From Halocafeteria seosinensis (lineage: Eukaryota), in the NCBI GenBank assembly GCA_001687465.1, contig LVLI01000150.1, positions 1 to 64,000 of the forward strand: DNA of 64,000 nt, read 5' to 3'. The notes beneath the pieces were generated by a model. It worked only from the letters and a program-made list of their open reading frames with translations, made no database searches and was not told where the DNA came from. Positions 40,401-52,562 of this stretch are shown here, piece after piece. The position numbers were made by a program, and so were the translations under genes. Positions within the stretch are counted from its first letter, which is position 1. The number at the start of each line of letters is the position of its first letter.

Positions 40401-43400
40401 AACTAACAGTTATACCCGGTGTTTCTTTTCCCAAAAAACTGAAGAACCCTTCAGAAAGTGGTATCCCAACCGAATATCCCTCTTTGCGTTCCGCACCTTG
40501 ATAAGTGACAGGTAGCTGGGACGGTTGAGACTTTATGGCAATGAAACCATCTCTTGACGCATCATTCACAAGCAGAATCATTTTGTAGATGCCGGTGTCC
40601 AAATCGAATGGAATAACGCCCCGTAGCTTAGCCGTATATCCGCTGCTTGCTGTGGCTGAACTTCCATCGTCGCCTACATCACTGGACAAAACATGAACAG
40701 CACTGCGCAGTCGAACAGCTCTGGCCTCGTGAATGCAATCTATTAGTACACCATTGCTCTCGTTTCGTTTAGACACTGGACACGCATAAAGAGCGTCTCG
40801 ATGCGCCAAGGGTTTTTCGGTCAGATCTTTGCCCGTTATCTGCCTGAAGACTTCATACTCTACCTCCAAGACATCACCAGCCTTCACAGAATTATCACTG
40901 TCGAAATTTGAAGAAGCATTAAACAGGAGTGTCGACCACTTAGAAGCATTGACTGATACTTGGAGTGACGTTGACGGACCGGTAGACTTTGTCGGCGCTT
41001 TATTTTCTAGCGGCAAGCGTGCAGGACTTGGATTGTCACCGTCTATGTCATCAGTACCTTCGTTCTCGGTTGCTCTCTCGTTCGTGGTCTGCAAGCGGGT
41101 TGGTAGCAGGAAGGGAGTGCTGCTGACACCACAGTCCGAGGTCAACGCTGTGTTACTCGACGTCCTGGCAGCAACCAGGTAGTACTTGTCACCGAGTTTT
41201 ACCGATTCCGGAACTCTAGCCAACATCGGAACCGTTACGTTGGAAGAGGCGCCTACATGAGGGACTTCAACTCGGGAAGTCTGCAATTCGGATGCCTTCG
41301 CTTTCCAACCGGTGGAACCAATAACATCATTACAACGACGTTTCGGAATCGCTTCTTTGTTGTATACCAAAAACAGATCAATTTCTATATTCTTCTGATC
41401 GAAGGGGTCAGTATTAAAATTAGCTAAGATCACCGCTATTTCAAGCATGCGGGAACCTGTCCATCCTCGTACAATTTCAGGAGGCAGCATCGTTACTGAT
41501 ATTTCCGAGGAAGAACGCATCGTTCCACTTGCTTTGTTTTCCAAATTGTTAGAGTATGTAGTCTCAAGGAAGTCCTGGTCACAATTTGTTTCCACTTCTA
41601 CCTCCACTACCCCTAGTTGGTTTTGCTTCTCTTCAGGAGGTAAAGAAACGTCTTTAACTATCTCGTAACTTTCCCCAGGCGCCAACCTATTCGGAGCTGC
41701 ACCTTGCACCAGACGCTGAGAGCTTTTCTCTGCCTTCCACCAAACAAAGACACAGTCTTTCCACGCAGACAGTCCTTTCATGGTGTCCATCAATTCGTCA
41801 CCTTCATTCTTCACTTTCCATTTCACCCGGAACGTCGTACCTCCAAGAGGAACCGTAACGACATTATGAACCGACAAGTCGAGGTTGCGGTACAGCAGAG
41901 GAAATGACTTGACTTGAACATTGTTTTCAGTATTCTCCTCCATCTCACTTAGAGGAACAGTCGGCTCGGCGTGGACTTCCACATGTAAACTGCTGGTTTC
42001 CCCATCGCCTATGAGTTCATCTGAGGATTTCACACTCAGGGAACATTGAGCGGTTACCTTTTCTTCGGGAGCGAGTTCGGGGGCTTCTTCGAAAAAGGAA
42101 CATGAAGGCGTCTGATAGTATGGAAGATACCTACCACGATTCGACACCTCGGCTATAGCAGTATATTGGTCAACACTGAAGGTCTTGTCACCCACATTTT
42201 GCAGAGTACAGTTGATTTCTGTGTAACGATCGATGAGGATGGTAGAGCCTGTAATCTCGAAATCAAGTACCTTGAGGTCCACCAATGTCTTCTGAACATC
42301 GAACGTCGTTGACAGTTGATTGTTAATGTTCCTTTCATCTTCAAACAAACGATGCTCGGGATCAACCTTTATAAACGCTTCTCCAGTACCTGTAGTACTA
42401 CCCACGGGAACACGTTTACTAACGCTCAAACGGGTAGACTCTTGCGATTCCAATGGTTGGGTGATTGCAGTATACGATGATCCCCGTCGGGCAACACCTG
42501 GAAACGACCATTCAATTTGAACATTCACATCCATACCTTCCTTTGCAGCGGCGCCATCATTTCTAACGGAAAAAGACAGGGTGACATCGTTTCCGTTTTC
42601 AACGGGTGTTTCCGAAATGATTGAAGGAGAAGCCGCTACGTAGTCTGGAGCGGGTGTCATAATGACCTCTATTTCTTCCCCGCGCATAAAATTATTGTCA
42701 GGGTTTTGGTCCAAAAGAGACCCAAATTCGTCCACGACTATTCCAATATGGTACACTCCTGAGGCCTCTCGAGGAATGACGACAGAGATACTTCCTGTGT
42801 ATTCTTCTTGTGGATTCAAGTGCTGCACAGGGATTTTAGTATCCACTAGTGTTGTTTCGCCGAGCCAGTCTGTGGTGCCAGAAGCAAAGAGATGCACACC
42901 ATCTATCCAGCGCTCCCGGACTACTTGGGTAGTGCTTGCAGCTCCCTTGTTTGCAACGGTATATGCCATCTGCAGGGTCTCTCCGGAAAAGATGGTCGAT
43001 GCGTGGGAAATGGAAGACACTCGGAGATCTGGTTTGGGTGGCTCGCTCAAAAAGAAGCTTGTATGCTCCTCATTGTTGTTTTCGTTTAATTCCGTAATAT
43101 GGTTTAACCTATCTGTTTTCACGTGGATATAAAATGACCCGGCCATATCTAAATCTGTTTGTACGCGGACTGTTCGTCGATATTCTCCTCCAGATTGCAG
43201 AAACGAAGGGGCAATAGGAGTGTCAACGACTTCTACATTACCGTCCGTAAGACTTTCGCTATTCGCGAGTAGTACTCTGTCTTTCCATCCTCTACTTCGA
43301 ACAACGTGCCCCGAGCCGCTATTGTACACTGCATAGCTCACATCGAAGCTCTGGCCAGCAGTAAGCTTCGACTTGAACGGAATGTTTATAGAGCTAACCT

Positions 43401-46400
43401 GAAGGTCCGGTATTTCCTTTGTTGAGAATCTCCACTTTTCAGACCAAACAACCCTATCATTATCAAACTCAAACTTCAGCTGCCAAACCATATCTGTGCC
43501 TGCTGGGAGAGTTTCTCGAAGATGCATACTCTCTGGAGTATATGAGTTGAAGAGGCCATCGGCGCGGGAAACACTTCCAACCGGCAAAGAGGGGCGGCTG
43601 CTCCCGGACCTCCATGCATACACTTTCACTTGAAGTGCGTCCGAAGCAGTTTCCCAGCGAAATGTAAGGTCTTTTGGAGAAATATTAATGCCATTGCGGG
43701 CCGGATGTACTGGTTCGACGTTTAAAACAACATGTATGCGTTGTTCTTTCGATTTGGTTGACCCGCAAACATTGGTTACAGTCCATGTCCTTACAATTGT
43801 GTCCCCGCACTTGGGATCTGCTATGCTGTCGAAGAACTCCATTGAAATCCCAGAGTTCTCAATCTGGGATAAACCTCTACACGGAGTAGTAACCGCTGTC
43901 GGCTTTCCCGTAATGCCCGGATCCACTTGTATGGGCATTGAACAAGGAACTTCCTCGCTGGAGGGTACTTGAAACTTAGGAGATTGAGTCTACAGTCACT
44001 TTTGAAACGGATTGACTTATGAATTGTGACGGAAGAACAAGGGTCGTCGGATCTCACTTGCTCACTCAACTGGTCCAACTCGTTGCATTGTGCTGATTCC
44101 CTGCTCCAAGTGGTAGATAGAGTTGGCGGTTTAGCATCTAGTTCGTTTATCTGCTGCATCGCTGTCTTTATATTTCCACATTCGTCTTCAACTTTCCATT
44201 CACGAGTAACAGTTGCATAAACTGTGGACTGCTCATTACTACATTCTGTCACTGTTCTTGAATCGGTGTACGTGACGGAACGAATTCCCTCGGGGCACGC
44301 GTTTGCGAATCCTGATGTGTCCGCTTCCGCGCTGCCGGTCTTCTCCGGAGAGATGTCACCACCACACTCGGCGTTAGCATCTTCGGGAAGTGTTATTTCA
44401 ATTGGAGAAGCAGTGACGTCTTCGTCCGTTAATCCATCAAAGTCATCGTCAATACCGTTTCGGTATTCTTCGTCAATATAACCATCACAGTCGTTGTCTA
44501 TTCCATCAGCAGGCTCCATTTCAGAAAATTTGCAATTTTCTCCCGGGTCCAGTATTGCAATGTATTCGATTTCCCACCCAGTATCGTCATAACTTCTCCA
44601 GCGGGTCGTGTCTTCAAAATAGATTTCTGCCTGTGTAGTTGATACCTCAGCTACAGCTCCTTCAGTTTGAAGTGCCTCTGAATCCCCATTTACAGCGATA
44701 ATAGCGCTAAAACCGTCCAGTCTCCTCCTATGTAACTTAAACCGAATTCCCGTTGCATAAGTAACGTTACTCACATCAATACGCCATGAGCATTTTATGT
44801 CGTTTTCATATGTTTCATCTTCTCTGGAACCATCAGTAAACACTCCCCTTGCTTTAGTGAGAACGGTAGGCATACGTGAACACTGACTGTGCTCGTTCAC
44901 TTCAAAGCACGAATGGCCAAGCTCCCATCCCGTCGCAACCCTGTTGCTTACACCAAAACTCTGGAAGTCAATATCTATGTAAGATCCCTGAACGTAGAGT
45001 GGATGCGATTCCTTGTTGGGGAAATGAATTTTGTTCTGATCCTTAGCCGTAAACGTCTTAGAGTAAGTTGCCGTAGAGACGTTCACGAAGTCCCCGTCGT
45101 TCAAGTCAAACGAATCAAACCAAATAGCACAGGCATCCAGAGACGTAGACGTTAATTCAATTTCCCAGTGACATGTCCTCGATGGCAAATACGCAGCACT
45201 TCCACTTCCATCACTAAAGCTACCAGAGGGGCTGTACGACGAAGGCGATAACGACATCGTTCCAGACCTGCAAGTAGGACGATGCTCTAAGGTCCAACCG
45301 GTATAGGGTTTGTTGGAGCGATGAAAATGAGACAGAGATACGTGAAAAGTCAGAATGATTCCTTTGATAGACGGAGATACCTCGTAGACTTGCTGCAAAG
45401 CAGTTTCCGTCCCTCCATATATTCGACCGAGGACGCTGCCATCAATAATACTAAGCTGAACATAGTCATCGGGAGCCACGTCAAAATGGCTGAACATAAT
45501 GCCAATGACGCTGTCCTCCGGTAAATCAACGTTATCGTTGAATATTAACGCCCGAGAGCAGTTCTGAGCGGAAGAATACGGCGCACTATGACCTGAGCCA
45601 TCGGAGATCGTCCCAGTGTGAGATGTCGTTTCCACCACCGACGTTGTGTTGGTCTCACACAGCCCCGGCAGCTGACGGTACTGCAGTGTGAAGCCTTCAT
45701 TAAAATAACCTTCTTCGTTTTCATTAACGGCGAATTTAATCCGACGAACATTTGCAATGATGCTATGGTCTTCGTCAGAGTTTTGGGCGCGAGTGAGGGT
45801 GAAAGTGTCGCTGAATATCTGTAGTTGTGCTCCAAACCCTAGTTCTAATGATTCAAGCCATACAATATAGCTGAAGGACTCGTCGAAAATCCACTCGCAG
45901 CTAATACCACCTTCGTAGTCTCTTATTCGAACCTCTCCACCCTTCTCCGCTATTGTCGTTTGGGGAGCACACTGAAGCCATTTGGATCGAAGCTTCCAAC
46001 CATCTCCAGCAACGGAAGAAGTAGCGTTGAAGTCGATATTCAGAGTTGAGCCTTGTAAAACGAACGACGACGCTGCGCTACCAGAAAGTCCAACCGAGCT
46101 CGAATCCGAATTATCAGTCCTCAGAAGAATAGTATCTTGATTTGCAACAGTGTCTATGTGCTCTACTGTAATCATGAATGCCTTTGCGTCGTGCGGAGCA
46201 GATACCTCCCAAGAGCAAGTCGTTCCAGGTAAATACTTATCGAGTGAGCCACTCCCGTCAGAAATAGTCACGGTTCGTGAGGAGGCAAAGAAGACTTCTT
46301 GGTAACGAGGGCAAGTAGTTTGAAATGAAAATTCCCATCCTATCCCTTCAGGAGAGAAATTGGAATACAACAATAACGCTGCTGGAGGTCTTGATACCGT

Positions 46401-48413
46401 CCATGGGTACCGCCGCGAAGGAAAGTGGCTATGATTGAAGACATGCCTTTCATGTTTAATCGGGTCGTAGACCTCAACTGTGCGCTTTGTCCATGCGAAT
46501 GACTCACTGAACCAGAATGCTAGATCACGATCATTTGCCAACGAGCCACCCAACTCTATAAGCAATGCACAATAGACATTAGACTCAAGGGAGGGTGAAT
46601 TAAGTGTTCCCCGCATATGCGTGCCGTCCATAATGGATGTGTTTTTACAAACATCTGGTAGCCGCAGGAAACTCAATCCAAACCCGTGGAACGATCCATG
46701 GTAGCCAGGATCCCAGAAGAACGCTTCTACTTTAATTATGCCATCCCGTAAAACCAGAGGGTTGTCGTCAGTAGGGGCATCAGCGTACTGGTAGTTAGTG
46801 TTGGATGGAACATGAGATATTGTCACATCCCCACTTGACCGAAGAAACCACAGCAGTATAGGCGCATGAGTAGTATTCGTTAGTGTCCAGCTGCAGCTGA
46901 AGTCTGTGGGAGCGTCTAAATCATTGATAACCCCCGGACCAATAGATCCTTCAAGCGTGTTAACTTGCGTATTTCCCAAACATGGAAGTGAGTGAACTCC
47001 TAGCTCCCAACCACTGTCTTGAAGACCGGAGGAGGCATTGAAAGTTACAAATAGCGTTGTTCCGAGTAAGTTCCACGCCTCGGAAGTATCCACAGTCTCT
47101 GAAAACCGATACGATTGTTGAGTAGAGTCATCTGTCCATATTTGGACGACGTCTTGTGGGGAGGCTGTTTTAAACTTGTTAAACGACACCGAAAAAGCTT
47201 TACCTCTAGAAGAAAGTCGGATTTCCCATGTGCAATGGCTTCTTGGAATGTAGTTGAGCTTTTCACTTCCATCACTGATAGTGAGGGTTCTATCCAGGTT
47301 CAGAACTTGCCTGGGCAAACAGAAAGAGGATAGAGCTGAGGAAGGCCTGTACGTTAACCGAAAGCCTATAGAAGTGGTCGTATGATCAAAGTCACTGGAA
47401 AATTGGAATTCAGCAGGAGTCGGTAATGTCCAGGGAGACTCTACGGGGAATGGATTGACGTTTCCAGTAAGGGCATGACTTTGTTGAGGAGTTGATACCT
47501 CTAGGTAGTCGCCATCTCCCAAAGAAAAGTATTCAAACCATAAGGTTATGTTTGGATGTCCAGGATAATCTACTTCCCAAGTCTTGAATTCTCCCCGATC
47601 ATAATGATGGTCCCTCTCACTTCCATCTGTAACACTAATTCCTGAAACTGATTCGATTTCCCAAAGAACAGCGTAGTTCAGCCAAAACCCGTCCTTCGTC
47701 CCTTCAACAGTAAAGCGCAAGTTAACCGGGGATTCTACCAAAAGTGGTGCCTCAGGAGGAATAGGATTAGTCGAGTCTGTTAGGTCAATGGAGGAAGATG
47801 GAGTTGATATTTGAATATCACTGCCGAAGTGTCCGAAATAGAAGAAGGAGAAAAACAACTTGATCGGTGGGTTACCTTGAAAGCTTAGTTCTCTTGTTTG
47901 TTCGACCCCTTGCTGGAAATTATCGAAAGCTCGACCCTGATACACTGAACCAATGTCCATGTTGCCCATAACGACACTGTTCAATGCTGTATAACTTAAT
48001 TTGAACCCCCCTTTGGTTACCGAGAAATCAGTTGTGAAACGGATCAGAAGGGGTGATTTCATAATCAGGGAAGCATTTTTAGGATGGGGATTCACTTCTC
48101 CAGAAAGCTGCTTTCGGTCATCCCAGCCGGTTATCTCCAAGAAATCGTACCCTTCCTCGACCTCAAAGTAGTTGAACCACAGCTCGACTCGCATAGTGGT
48201 GTTAAAGTTGAGAGCTCAAATCTCGTCAATCTCGTTAGAGTACGATTCTTCTTCTCCGCTTCCATCCGTAATTGATCCTTCGAGCGGTGAAGTCGTGGCA
48301 AGCTCCCCCACACCGGTGGAAGCAGCGGCGGTGGAAAGAACAGCCAATGAGATCATCGTCGCAACAGCAATGAAGGATGCATGCCGCCACAGATTGACCC
48401 TCTTTCCCTCCAT
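31411..48413 (-). pseudogene. Giant (~5,660-codon) type-I membrane protein gene with two reading-frame lesions
   Basis: Signal-like hydrophobic N-terminus; ~8-9 CUB domains; DGIDNDCDGYIDE motifs; HYR-like RTW...CG repeats; CARDB repeats (PDL.V...E..E.NN); lipase-like domain; PFDPND/YRIRFEN/GFLPPN domain; EGF-like; DGSE repeats; GPS-like CHFTLFA; TM helix. In-frame TGA at 48218-48216 and frameshift near 43990. Confidence 0.8.
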
Positions 48414-49869
48414 TTTCAATCGTGGATGATGCGCTGTTGATACCATGACCTGTACGGCTTTCTTTGTCTTTTTCTATAAAAAGCACGCGCACAATGTCTG
48501 CTGGTGTTCTTGTCGTTGGGTCTTCCGGACAAGATCCGCTTGCCTGTATTCAAAGCTTGTTTTACGTCGTTCAACGAACGATAAACGTTGCCGAGAAAAA
48601 GAAGAGAACAAAAAAGAACTTCTTCCAGTTTAGGCCTTGCCAAGCCACTGAACTTGGTAGCTACTATGAAGATCGAAGTTGGTTGTGATTAACGGCTAGA
48701 TAGTACCAAGTGGGTGACACGCCTGCCAGCCTGTCGCTAAGTCCAATTGCCCCCGCACACTTCAAGAAAACGACAAAATCGCAGATCAATAAAAGGAGAC
48801 ACGTGAATATTGCAGTAGTTGTTTTGAAGGGTATTCTGTGAGTGCCAATGCTAATTATTCATGAGATACTTGAAAAAACCCTCTCTGTGGATCTTTGTGC
48901 CAGTGTCCATCGCCGCGTACCGAGAACAGCTGCTCATAGGTAGAGGAGTCAGCTCATTTACAGTACCGGTAGGACGAGCTCATTTGATCACACATATAAA
49001 AAGTGCAAGAAGAATGTGTATCCTAAAGGCAAACGAATGAAACTATTCGTTTTGGTGGTACCCAAGCACGGATGAGGTCTCGATGCCGTACCCATACTCC
49101 AAGATGTAGGACTCCTCGCAGAAGTTCTCGCCCTGCTGTATGGGCACACACCCTACGCACAAAGGGCTTCGCTTTCGTTTTTACCCGAAAAGCCCTCTTG
49201 ATGTTGTGTAGACCATCTTCCGAAATTAGTGAGCGTCTTCATCAAGCACTTTGCCGACGTCCCCACAAGTGCATATGCAATGCGTAGCGGGGCTATGGGA
49301 ATAAGAACCATACAATTTGATGGCGTCGGAGTAGTGCAAAGTAATTAGAAGCTATGTACAATGGTTCTTACCTTTCGAAGAAAAGGACGTGTTCCGAGAC
49401 ATGTAAAGCGACTTTTTTTTTAGCAACTCAAGAGTTCTCTCGTGTTCCAAGTGTGCCCGAAACTTCTCACTCGCGTTGCCCTACTTCTGGTACGTGTATG
49501 CCGCTACTTGCTCCTATGCTGCTGGATGCAGTAATGTTGCTGAACCTGTTGCCCCGGTCAAGAGCTCCCGCTTATTGGAACACCAACGTTGCTACGCAAG
49601 TACCGCGGTCCCGCAGTGGGATGCGACCGAAGATACAACCACACAAACCCGAAAACTAGGAAGCAACCTATTTCGATATTCAGACACTGTACTTCCCGAA
49701 AAGTCTGTCAGAGAACACTCTCTTCCTTCATGTTATGTTTTCATTGCTCCCCCATTACAGTGCTTGAGTAGTACTGTACTTGTACTGTACTTCGTTCTTG
49801 GCACTGAACAATTGGCACTATTGCATATGACGGCATACACCGTCATTTTTTTATTTCGTTGGACCGAGT

Positions 49870-50693
49870 AAAATAAACTCGGACCCATGTCAAACGAAGG
49901 CAGGAGAAGAAAAGGGTATTCCCAAGGAGTACGGATAAATTGCTCTTCGTCGATATTCATTCCGCTACCACTGCAAGCATGGTGCAAATGCGTCGCAGAA
50001 AAATTGAATTCCTTAGTCATCAATAATATCCACGCTAAGATGCGCTCGTAATTCTTGCCGTTTCCATCGGTGTTAAAGTTAGAAACGGAATTTTGTTGGC
50101 TCCATTGACTGACCAATAGTTTTATGCCATCTTCAATTGAGACGCTGCGGTTTCCTTTGGCGACTGCATTGGCGCAAACACTATCCCATCTTCTCTTGGT
50201 TCCATCTTGACGAGACCTTTCTGAACTAATTGGACTAAGCTATTATCTGGAGGAAGACAGAAGATACATTCACCTACCTTGTAGGCAATGTATAAGATTT
50301 TTGCCATGCCAAGGGAGAGGTATCATTGCTTAATGGGTAACTCCATCCTTTAAGTTGCACGAACCGGTCTCGCATATCCCCATATGCTCTTCTATACTGT
50401 TGACGCATGATTGCCTTGGACCACACAACAAAATCCTTACTACCCTCCTGCAGTATCAGGCCCGAAAGCATATTATGGATCAAGTATTCCAAAACTAGCG
50501 GACGACGAAGCATTGGTAAGTACCATTGAACTTCTTCATCCGCAAAAAATGTGTCACCGAGAAGTAAATACTTCCGCAATATGGATATTAAATGATCGAT
50601 CTCGAAGGAATGCAGAGAGACGAACTTGGTAAGTTCGCTATGATCCACATGAGATGTGCCCGACAGTAGCCATGGAAAGTGTTTATGCGTCAA
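49870..50693 (-). pseudogene. Decayed host gene (possibly Crinkler-type NTPase/REase-like) cut by the mobile element
   Basis: Three consecutive ORF pieces in shifting frames (50711-50274, 50307-50122, 50116-) with WLLSGTS, RRPLVLE and GKNYERILAW; the 5' end abuts the left TIR. Confidence 0.45.
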
Positions 50694-51134
50694 ACCAGAG
50701 TGAAACCTCACCCTGCCTCATCCGACCGCATAACCCGACGATATACCCCCTACAACGTCACCTATCTGTTTCACCAAAATACCGCTATACGACCGCATAT
50801 TCCGACGGATGAATCACGCAAAATACGCAAAGGGATTCCTCACCCCACCGAACCCGACCGCATAACCCGACGATATACCCCCTACAACGTCACCTATCTG
50901 TTTCACCAAAATACCGCTATACGACCGCAAAATCCGACGGATGAATCACTCAAAATACGCAAAGGGATTCCTCACCCCACCGAACCCGACCGCATAACCC
51001 GACGATGTACCAACTATACAGCACCTAAGCCAAACCACAAGTTGACCCCTACACGACCGTGTCTCACGGGGGTTCGACAAACGAAATAGCCATGCCTACG
51101 TTTCAAGCGACGGCGTCAAGTTGACTTGTGAAGT
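50694..51134 (+). repeat. Left terminal inverted repeat (441 bp, includes a 132-bp tandem duplication)
   Basis: CCGACCGCATAACCCGACGAT recurs at 50722, 50854 and 50986 (period 132); aligns without gaps to the reverse complement of 61811-62119 once one unit is removed (441-132=309). Confidence 0.93.
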
Positions 51135-51178
51135 GGTGTGTCAAGTTGACTTGGGCGAGTTCAAATTGCCCAGTCCAG

Positions 51179-51186
51179 AAAAATGA
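51179..51186 (+). promoter_or_regulatory. AAAAATGA motif, candidate giant-virus-type early promoter (representative of 7 gene-proximal copies)
   Basis: 28 nt before ATG 51215; context CCAGTCCARAAAAATGATTRAACC..TTAAA is repeated before ATG 51815. Confidence 0.65.
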
Positions 51187-51214
51187 TTGAACCGGTTAAA
51201 GTATAACCATAACG

Positions 51215-51706
51215 ATGCCGTTTAAAAACGAGGATGTCACTCAATTGGCAAAGCAACAACGTGAAATTATTCTGTTCAAGAATCTAGAATATGCGTTGAA
51301 CGAACGGTTAAAAGATGAATGCCGTGAAATGGTTCGCAATACAATGGATTCAGATAATGAAGAAGAGGATGTTGATGTAAAAATACCAACACCAAAACAG
51401 TCTTGGCTATATCGCAAACGGTTCAAAATAAAATCAATCAAGATTTACAAAGGATCTGATCCTCCATTCATAAGTGATATTCAATTGGGCAAAGAGAGCA
51501 AAAAAGGATTGGTTGATATAAAATTAACGGATGATGATTGGGCACTGTATTATGAGCATTACGAAGACGAGACAATGACAGAAAATAAATTAGAAGACTT
51601 TTGTCAGTCAAGAATAGATTTATGTGATATTCATGATCAATACAGGAAAAAGACAATTGTTTGGAAGATATCATATCTTATGAAGCAAATATTCATGAAA
51701 GGGTGA
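51215..51706 (+). CDS. Element hypothetical protein (163 aa)
   Basis: Clean ORF preceded by the AAAAATGA motif; no recognised domain. Confidence 0.75.
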   Translation: MPFKNEDVTQLAKQQREIILFKNLEYALNERLKDECREMVRNTMDSDNEEEDVDVKIPTPKQSWLYRKRFKIKSIKIYKGSDPPFISDIQLGKESKKGLVDIKLTDDDWALYYEHYEDETMTENKLEDFCQSRIDLCDIHDQYRKKTIVWKISYLMKQIFMKG

Positions 51707-51814
51707 CAGTTTGTTGGATTGTTAATCATTTTCATTTTTTGACTTTGTGCAATACCCAAAGCGAACCAGTCCAAAAAAATGATTAAACCACTTAAATAAT
51801 AAACCAAAAGCAAA

Positions 51815-52510
51815 ATGGATACCAAATATTTAAGTCTAAACACGGAATATTGGGTTCGCTGCCCATATATTGAGACACCCATCATGGTGTCCAATTTTGG
51901 CCGATGTTGGAGCATTTGTAACCAAAAATACATGAAAATTAAGTCACAATCCACCCAAACAAATTTTTATGGGTTTCAAGTGAGAGCACCGACCGATAGA
52001 AATCTTGGCATACCAAACGCCAGAAAAACTACACGCTTTTTATCCCCTGAGAAATTAATGGCAATTGCGTTTTACAATACCAATTTGCCAACAATGTTTC
52101 GACCCAAGAAAATGGATCAAACAAAAATAACACATTTATGTAACATTCGTTTTACTAAATCGTCGCTTGAACCGGAGGGATTTGATGTGGAACGAAACGT
52201 ACGCCTGACTGCTTTGTTACCCCATATTGACGAGGCAAATACCCCCGAACAACAACAATTGCATCATTTGAATGCAACTAGACCACAACCGGAAACAGAG
52301 TCCGACACCAAGACGGACGATGCCCAATCAGTGGCTTCCACTGTTCCGCAACAAATGGAAACAAGCGAGAAAGAGAGTGTGGCAAGTCAAGCCAATGATA
52401 GTTCCAAACAATTAAATGTCAAATTCGGATCAGTGGAAATAAGTAAAACGATGAAGTCGCAAGAGGAGTACGATAAAATAAAAAACGAATTGCTCAAGTT
52501 TCTTGTGTAA
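51815..52510 (+). CDS. NUMOD4-like protein with degenerate HNH region
   Basis: EYWVRCPYIETPIMVSNFGRCWS fits NUMOD4; EKLMAIAF...HLCNIR fits a decayed HNH_3 lacking the catalytic DH. Confidence 0.6.
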   Translation: MDTKYLSLNTEYWVRCPYIETPIMVSNFGRCWSICNQKYMKIKSQSTQTNFYGFQVRAPTDRNLGIPNARKTTRFLSPEKLMAIAFYNTNLPTMFRPKKMDQTKITHLCNIRFTKSSLEPEGFDVERNVRLTALLPHIDEANTPEQQQLHHLNATRPQPETESDTKTDDAQSVASTVPQQMETSEKESVASQANDSSKQLNVKFGSVEISKTMKSQEEYDKIKNELLKFLV

Positions 52511-52562
52511 AACAATACATTGACTTTGAATCCGCTTAGAGCCAACTCTTTTGTTATGGTAT

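Noticed and set aside
32156..47333. Many 60-170 aa plus-strand ORFs
   Set aside because: Antisense shadows of the giant minus-strand gene; the same applies to shadows over the WDR93-like, P4-ATPase, SMEK and PUM3 genes.
48216..48218. Genome-wide TGA=Trp recoding
   Set aside because: PUM3 and the giant ORF itself end in TGA, and Trp is TGG elsewhere.
50722..51010. CRISPR-like array reading of the 65/67-bp periodic motif
   Set aside because: Spacers are themselves duplicated, the array is mirrored at the other end as a TIR, and there are no cas genes.
50679..51089. 136-aa ORF with an internal repeat, and 61821-62114 on the other end
   Set aside because: Translation of the TIR; the 132-bp unit is a multiple of 3, and the two arms give unrelated peptides in different frames.
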